A DNA stretch of 64,000 nucleotides from a virus. Its lineage: Duplodnaviria; Caudoviricetes. The position numbers and the translations under genes are program-made. This document shows positions 58,741 to 64,000 of the stretch, piece after piece. Under the pieces are notes generated by a model. The model saw only the letters and a program-made list of their open reading frames with translations, made no database searches and was not told the DNA's origin. Position 1 is the stretch's first letter; the number at the start of each line of letters is the position of its first letter. The stretch is from positions 32,001-96,000 of the IMG/VR virus record IMGVR_UViG_3300011890_000001, one strand, 5' to 3'.

Positions 58741-60459
58741 ATGGCAATTAAAATTCAGCAGCGCGAGATCCCCGACTACGACAAGTCGGCCTGGCCCGTC
58801 AACGTGCCTGAGGTCATCAGGAATATCTACGCCAGTCGTAAATGTAGCGACCCCAAAGGCGTTGACCTGCGTCCGAACCACCTGATTCATTGGAAAGAAC
58901 TTGGTGGTATTGGGAAAGCCGCCAAGGTGATCGGTAAGGCTATCCTGAACCAAGAGTCCATTACGATCTCAGGCGACTACGATTGTGATGGCGCTACTGG
59001 CTCTGGTGTACTCTACCGTGGCCTGCGTCTGTTGGGTGCACATAACGTGCGCTACATCGTACCGAACCGCTTTGTACACGGCTATGGTCTGTCACCGGAA
59101 CTGGTGGACGACATGGACACCACTACCCAGTTGATCGTCACGGTGGACTCGGGCGTTTCCAGTGTGGACGGCGTCAAACGCGCCAAAGAGCTGGGACGTA
59201 AGGTAGTGATCACCGACCATCACCTCCAAGGCGACGTGCTGCCCGACGCAGATGCGCTGGTGAACCCTAATGTCATCGGCGACCCGTTCCCCTCAAAGGC
59301 GCTAGCTGGCGTGGGTGTAGCGTTCTACGTGATGTTGGCTACGCGGGCTTGGTTGCAGTCAGTGAGTCCGCCTGAGAAGGCTTATCCGGACCTGGCCGAG
59401 CTGTTGGATCTGGTGGCACTTGGAACCATCGCTGACCTAGTGCCGTTGGATCACAACAACCGCATCCTCGTGGCTATGGGCCTGCGTCGCATTCGTGCAG
59501 GTCGCGTCTCTCCGGGTCTGCGGGCACTGATCGAGAAAGCCGGTAAGCGGCTGGAGGAACTCACCGCTACCGACTTTGCCTTTGCTGTGGGGCCGCGTTT
59601 GAACGCAGCTGGTCGTATGGAAGACATGACCATCGGCATCCAGGCACTGATCAGTACGTCCCCCGATGAGATCGACCAATACGTGGACATGCTGGAGTCC
59701 ATCAACGACTCCCGTAAAGAACGTCAGCAGGAGATGATCAATGAAGCAGAAGCGGCACTTGTCGAGACAGGCGGTTCTGACACTGGCCGCTTTGGCGTCG
59801 TGCTCTATCGCCCCGACTGGCACTCGGGAATCGTTGGGCTCGTTGCGTCGAAAGTTAAAGATGCTGTCTATCGGCCCGTCGTCGCCCTCGCCCCAGCCGA
59901 AGTTGGATCTACGGAAATTCGCGGCTCCTGTCGTTCGATCGAAGGGTTCCACCTACGAGACGCTCTTGCGCTCGTTGACGTCCGCAACCCAGGCCTGATG
60001 AAGAAGTTTGGCGGTCATGCCATGGCCGCTGGTCTGAGCTTGCACGCCGACAACGTGGAGCGTTTCAAGGTTGAGTTCGACAAGGTGGCTGAAGAGCTGC
60101 TGACTGAAGACCTCCTCAATGCGACGCTGACTACCGACGGCCCTCTGCCGGTTGGGCACCTGACCACTGAGTTTGCGGATCTGTTGAACTTCTATGGCCC
60201 GTGGGGTCAGGGCTTCCCGATGCCGTTGTTCGAAAACGAGTTCATCGTTGAAGAGGCGACAGTGCTGAAGGAGAAGCACCTGCGGCTGACGTTGATTGAT
60301 CCGCGCGACGGAGCGTCCATCAAGGGGATCTATTTCAATGCGCCGGAGCACAACCTGCCGGAACGCGTTCGTGTCGTTTACGAACTGAACGTGAATGTTT
60401 ACAAGCAGTGGCGTAATCCGCAATTGATGATCCGTCACATCGAGTATCCCAGCCAGTAA
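58741..60459 (+). CDS. recJ: single-stranded-DNA exonuclease RecJ
   Basis: GDYDCDGAT, PNRF..GYGL, TVDSG, TDHH, GPRLNAAGR, GGHAMAAG, PWGQGFP. Confidence 0.96.
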   Translation: MAIKIQQREIPDYDKSAWPVNVPEVIRNIYASRKCSDPKGVDLRPNHLIHWKELGGIGKAAKVIGKAILNQESITISGDYDCDGATGSGVLYRGLRLLGAHNVRYIVPNRFVHGYGLSPELVDDMDTTTQLIVTVDSGVSSVDGVKRAKELGRKVVITDHHLQGDVLPDADALVNPNVIGDPFPSKALAGVGVAFYVMLATRAWLQSVSPPEKAYPDLAELLDLVALGTIADLVPLDHNNRILVAMGLRRIRAGRVSPGLRALIEKAGKRLEELTATDFAFAVGPRLNAAGRMEDMTIGIQALISTSPDEIDQYVDMLESINDSRKERQQEMINEAEAALVETGGSDTGRFGVVLYRPDWHSGIVGLVASKVKDAVYRPVVALAPAEVGSTEIRGSCRSIEGFHLRDALALVDVRNPGLMKKFGGHAMAAGLSLHADNVERFKVEFDKVAEELLTEDLLNATLTTDGPLPVGHLTTEFADLLNFYGPWGQGFPMPLFENEFIVEEATVLKEKHLRLTLIDPRDGASIKGIYFNAPEHNLPERVRVVYELNVNVYKQWRNPQLMIRHIEYPSQ

Positions 60460-60530
60460 ATCAGTTTTGAGCCCGAGCTTTGAGTTCGGGCTTTCTTTCA
60501 AACGTTCGTCATTTCATAAAGGAGCAACAC

Positions 60531-60830
60531 ATGTGTGGTCTTTGCAATAGCCGTAATGGCGGTGGTGGCAGCGGTGGCGGTATCGCTGGTCTTTTCATTG
60601 CTCTAGCGCTGGTTATCCTGGTGTTGAGCCTTAGCGGCTGCAGTGCGGCGGTCCACGCGGAAACCGGACCTTCTCTGGCGGTCGGCAATAACAACGGTCA
60701 TTTTGAGGTCAGGGACATGGGTGGTGGTGTGACGCGCTACTACGACGGTGAACTAGGTATTGCCTGCTACAATCTCCGGCATATTGGCTCGCTTGGCTGT
60801 GCGGCCGTACACGAGAGTTCCGTGCGATGA
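60531..60830 (+). CDS. putative lipoprotein/exported protein
   Basis: AAGGAG RBS; hydrophobic stretch ending in LSGC. Confidence 0.6.
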   Translation: MCGLCNSRNGGGGSGGGIAGLFIALALVILVLSLSGCSAAVHAETGPSLAVGNNNGHFEVRDMGGGVTRYYDGELGIACYNLRHIGSLGCAAVHESSVR

Positions 60831-61369
60831 ACGGACATCAAAGTAAACGTATTGGTCGAGACGGCAGAATCAATTCGGTGTATTTGAGCAATCTTCGACG
60901 CCGAAAGCAGGGTGTTTACTCTGCCAGTTACGACGATAAGTCGTTTGTGTTCGACTGCCCGCCGTTGGATTGTTTTACCGATCTCGAACTCGAATACCTG
61001 ACGCTGAACGGCCTGGCGGTCATCACGCTCATTTCCATCCGAGACGGCGGTCAAACTGACAGGATTGAGCTCAAAGTCGATCCGCTGCGCCCCGGCCAAG
61101 GTTTGCGCGGTGCAAAAACCTGGATGGCCGTCCACTACATGGCGATGCACTGCGATAAATTGCAGACGACGGTCGCCAACTTGAAACCAACGGCCCGCGC
61201 TCGCAATAAGTTGGCCCCAAAGTCTAGAAAGACCGACCCGCGATTTGTCAGCTTGCAGTCAAAGTCGTTTGGTAGAAAGGTGTTCGATTACGCCAATACT
61301 TCGGCACATAAGGTCACCTACATCCACGATTACCTGGAAGACACGCTCACCAGGATCCCCAATGATTAA
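60827..61369 (+). CDS. hypothetical protein
   Basis: ATGA coupling. Confidence 0.6.
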   Translation: MNGHQSKRIGRDGRINSVYLSNLRRRKQGVYSASYDDKSFVFDCPPLDCFTDLELEYLTLNGLAVITLISIRDGGQTDRIELKVDPLRPGQGLRGAKTWMAVHYMAMHCDKLQTTVANLKPTARARNKLAPKSRKTDPRFVSLQSKSFGRKVFDYANTSAHKVTYIHDYLEDTLTRIPND

Positions 61370-61496
61370 CGAAGAACGCGAGAACTGGCGGGCGTTTAAT
61401 TTCAACAATAACGAATATCCAGCCAGAGATAGTTCTTTCCGTAATGACGACTGGGGCTGAGCCCCGCCGGCCATAGAAAAAAAAAAGGAGATAGAA

Positions 61497-62600
61497 ATGA
61501 CGGGCATTAACTTTGACCCCATCACCGCCAAAGAAGTCGAGATGGGTTCGCGCCCGCGCGTCCCACCGACTGCAGCACCTGAGCTGGAAACGCCACCCAT
61601 CTACGTTTACGATCCGACGTCGCCCAAGGAAAACAACGAGACCTTCTTCATTCGGCCGTTGACCGGCCGGGCGGATGCGGCTACATTGGAGACGGGGCAG
61701 TACGAGGATTTCGTTGCAAAGGTGGTGTTTGCCGCCAAGCTCGACGAGCTACCGCCCCACAACCGTGCTATTGTGCGACTGCGTTACGAGCACATCGAAG
61801 GCCGGCATCCGGTTGAAGTGATCGTGCGTACAATCGACCAGGCCATGCGCGGTCCGGGCTATCGCGTTTTCCATGCGCCGCTGGTGATCGACATGGTCGG
61901 CCTTGAAGCGCACCATGCCTACGCTGTCTACGCAGAGATCGCCAATGAGTTCAAGCGCTGCATGGTTGTTCCGACTGAAGGCGTTTACGTCTACATCAAC
62001 GGTAACCTCTACGCAGACGACCTCTCACGACGTGTGAGTGAAGCCGCGCGCGTCTATCACAGCATGTCTTCGAATCATCGCTGGGTGGACGAGATTTCTG
62101 GATCCCTTCTTTCCAGAACCTGCGTTGTGCGGTTGATTGACGATTTGATTGGCGATCGCATTACTCTGGAACAGAAGGTCAACTGTATGGCGCTGCAGAT
62201 CGAAGCATTGGAAGCGAATCAGAAATCACCCCCGCAGTCAGTGGGGGTGATTGAAACCGACGCCCTGTCGCCGGAAGAAGACGCCGCCCTGGTCGCGGAG
62301 CTGGAAGCCATGGGTCGCGAAATGGATGAGCGCGAGCTACGTTTCCGGACTGCGGACGAAACGACGAATGATGAATCCGACGAGGACGCTCCATTTGATG
62401 GATCCGACGAGGACGTTCCATTTGAAGTTCCGCGGATGCCGCTGATTCAGACTGAGGACCAGCTGGCTGCTGCTCTGGCAGAAGTTGAAAAACTCCGTCA
62501 GGACAACCAGACCCTCAATGAACTGACGGCTGGTTTGCGGGATCGTTTGCGCCGGCTGGAGGATTCCACTCGGATCGGTACGGAGACGTCCGGCGGTTAA
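61497..62600 (+). CDS. hypothetical protein with C-terminal coiled coil and acidic repeat
   Basis: AAGGAG RBS; near-perfect 27-bp tandem repeat encoding SDEDAPFD/SDEDVPFE. Confidence 0.7.
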   Translation: MTGINFDPITAKEVEMGSRPRVPPTAAPELETPPIYVYDPTSPKENNETFFIRPLTGRADAATLETGQYEDFVAKVVFAAKLDELPPHNRAIVRLRYEHIEGRHPVEVIVRTIDQAMRGPGYRVFHAPLVIDMVGLEAHHAYAVYAEIANEFKRCMVVPTEGVYVYINGNLYADDLSRRVSEAARVYHSMSSNHRWVDEISGSLLSRTCVVRLIDDLIGDRITLEQKVNCMALQIEALEANQKSPPQSVGVIETDALSPEEDAALVAELEAMGREMDERELRFRTADETTNDESDEDAPFDGSDEDVPFEVPRMPLIQTEDQLAAALAEVEKLRQDNQTLNELTAGLRDRLRRLEDSTRIGTETSGG

Positions 62601-62661
62601 GTGACTGCCCCCCACCCTTCGGGGTGGGGGCTTTATGCCGTCCTTTATTTTTTAGTGGATT

Positions 62662-62765
62662 TAAAAAAATCTCACAACCATATAGTCGTTGTGAGCAAGA
62701 GCAATAATGCGATTGCCAAACCCTGTCAAACAAGGAGCAATACCGTGGCTAAGATCAAATCTTTC
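62662..62765 (+). repeat. 104-bp cassette identical to 27108-27211
   Basis: Direct comparison. Confidence 0.9.
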
Positions 62766-63006
62766 AGCAAGTCGGCACGCATCGCCCACGGCGCTAGCGC
62801 AATCGTCACCTTCGGCGGTGCCGTCGGTGGCGCCTACGGTGCGCGGCACTTTTTCGAACGGGCCATCACCAACGCGGTGGAGAACAACGCGCCGGCAGCT
62901 GCCGGCAGCTGCCGGCAACTTCTTCGCCGGCCTGCTTTGCACGAAGGCTGTTTTTGATCTGGTCGACGTGACTGTCGACCACCTCGACATCGCCGTTACT
63001 GGCTAA
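62745..63006 (+). pseudogene. MAKIK-family gene frameshifted by a 10-bp tandem duplication
   Basis: GCCGGCAGCT x2 at 62891-62910; removing one copy gives an ORF ending at 63006, next to the RBS of the following gene. Confidence 0.6.
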
Positions 63007-63017
63007 GGAGTAATAAC

Positions 63018-63266
63018 ATGGCAAAGATCAAATCTTTCTCGCAGACGTCTCCGGCCCGCGCACTCATGATCGGCGGTATGGTTGGTGGCGGCTCAGTTGC
63101 CGCCGCTGGTCTTTCAGAAGTCTGTGCTGACCCGTCCAACGTGGTCGGCTGGGTAAGGCTGGTATCTGGTACTGCGGTCACCGCAGTCAGCCACACGCTG
63201 CTCGGAAAATCCTATCACGCCGAGGGCTACGCCTTCGGTCGCAAAGTCAACCAGGAGGTGGTCTAA
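63018..63266 (+). CDS. small Gly/Ala-rich early protein (MAKIK family)
   Basis: TAAGGAG RBS; MAKIKSFS start. Confidence 0.7.
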   Translation: MAKIKSFSQTSPARALMIGGMVGGGSVAAAGLSEVCADPSNVVGWVRLVSGTAVTAVSHTLLGKSYHAEGYAFGRKVNQEVV

Positions 63267-63529
63267 TGGGTCTCTTCACGAAAAGTCTGGCCACCGGGAT
63301 GTTGGTGGCTAGCGCCGCGCTGGTTCGCGGTGGGGTCAATGACATTTCCGCCGGTAACGCCGTTGTCGGTGGTATCAAAATCGCTGCAGGTGCTGTCACC
63401 TGCGGCATCGTGACGGGTATCACAACCTGCATCAACTACACCTGCGGCGCTGCCAAGGGCGCCGCCGCAGACCTGGGCGATACTGTCGCGGATGCGGTCC
63501 GCGACGGTGTTGACCGCTACACGACCTGA
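63266..63529 (+). CDS. small hydrophobic Gly/Ala-rich protein
   Basis: TAATG coupling; AGGAGG RBS. Confidence 0.65.
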   Translation: MGLFTKSLATGMLVASAALVRGGVNDISAGNAVVGGIKIAAGAVTCGIVTGITTCINYTCGAAKGAAADLGDTVADAVRDGVDRYTT

Positions 63530-63627
63530 CGATCTTCCCACTGCCCCTTCTTCGGAGGGGGTAGTGTGGAGCAAGTCGCTCCTTTAATCCTATCACTTAC
63601 TCCTGTCAAACAGGAAAGGAATTTACA

Positions 63628-64000
63628 ATGTCCGCATTCAACGTTCTGATCGCCGCCTACAACGCCCTCACTGCCGCTGGCAAGACCCTGGCGTTCCAGA
63701 AGGAATGGCACAATGGCACCGGCTACCTGGATCGCATGGTCCAGGACCGCCGCATCGACGTCCCGTGTGCATTTGTCGACGACTTGGGTCGTCGCGGGAT
63801 TGTGCTGGAAGGCGATCGAGGCAACGTGGTTTATTTCTGCCGTTTCGCCGCCGGCCAGCGCATCGTGGCCAACGGCCACGGGCAGGACGTAGTCCCGGGG
63901 TACAACCCGGACCGCCGCGTCATCAGTGGCTGGAACATCAGCGGCGAGGACTTCCTCGTCGAGCGCATGGAGCAGTTGCTCCGTGACAACGAAGTCTGCT
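63628..64000 (+). CDS. hypothetical protein, truncated by the window end
   Basis: AAGGA RBS; MSAFNVLIAAYNAL... frame appears open to the end. Confidence 0.65.
   Translation, partial: MSAFNVLIAAYNALTAAGKTLAFQKEWHNGTGYLDRMVQDRRIDVPCAFVDDLGRRGIVLEGDRGNVVYFCRFAAGQRIVANGHGQDVVPGYNPDRRVISGWNISGEDFLVERMEQLLRDNEVC

Noticed and set aside
6655-61060. Other GTCAAAC occurrences inside CDSs (about 6658, 38438, 47861, 61050)
   Set aside because: Stems of 4 bp or fewer and not near start codons; treated as chance and excluded from the operator set
62375-62427. 27-bp tandem repeat in ORF 61497
   Set aside because: In-frame duplication in an acidic linker; ordinary
5010-62765. Dispersed repeats as CRISPR, IS ends or att sites
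   Set aside because: Not regularly spaced, no transposase/integrase/cas gene, and each copy sits at a gene start
1-64000. tRNA/rRNA genes or alternative genetic code
   Set aside because: No cloverleaf with T-loop and CCA seen by eye; conserved enzymes translate intact with the standard code

Overview
This is a 64-kb segment of a phiKZ-like jumbo myophage genome. The host is probably a Xanthomonadaceae bacterium, because the phage GyrA carries the Xanthomonas/Stenotrophomonas-type [15 protein letters not shown]. All assignments come from motifs read by eye; no database search or folding program was run. Coding content: internal-head proteins with S/A/G-x-E prohead-protease sites, a conserved virion gene block, an SF2 helicase, an endolysin, and an Rz/Rz1 spanin pair with the o-spanin embedded. 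It also carries nucleotide and DNA enzymes (tmk, thyA, dcd, MazG-like, DHH, two HD proteins, ligA, recJ, gyrA), SspB, and many small early genes. The most unusual content is non-coding. (1) A ~720-nt ORF-free, highly paired RNA candidate (38968-39695) lies upstream of sspB, and there are three smaller structured RNA candidates, one sharing its 5' helix. (2) A GU-CAA-AC triloop hairpin with covarying stems occurs at 11 translation-initiation regions, suggesting a phage-wide RNA operator regulon. (3) A repeated promoter/leader cassette has its CATATAG core inside an inverted repeat and supplies a common MAKIK N-terminus. Protein-level highlights are a tandem pair of probable virion-packaged R-S-E ADP-ribosyltransferases, a split BTLCP peptidase, and a head protein carrying a cleavable SUKH domain. 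No tRNA, rRNA, CRISPR array or IS element was seen.
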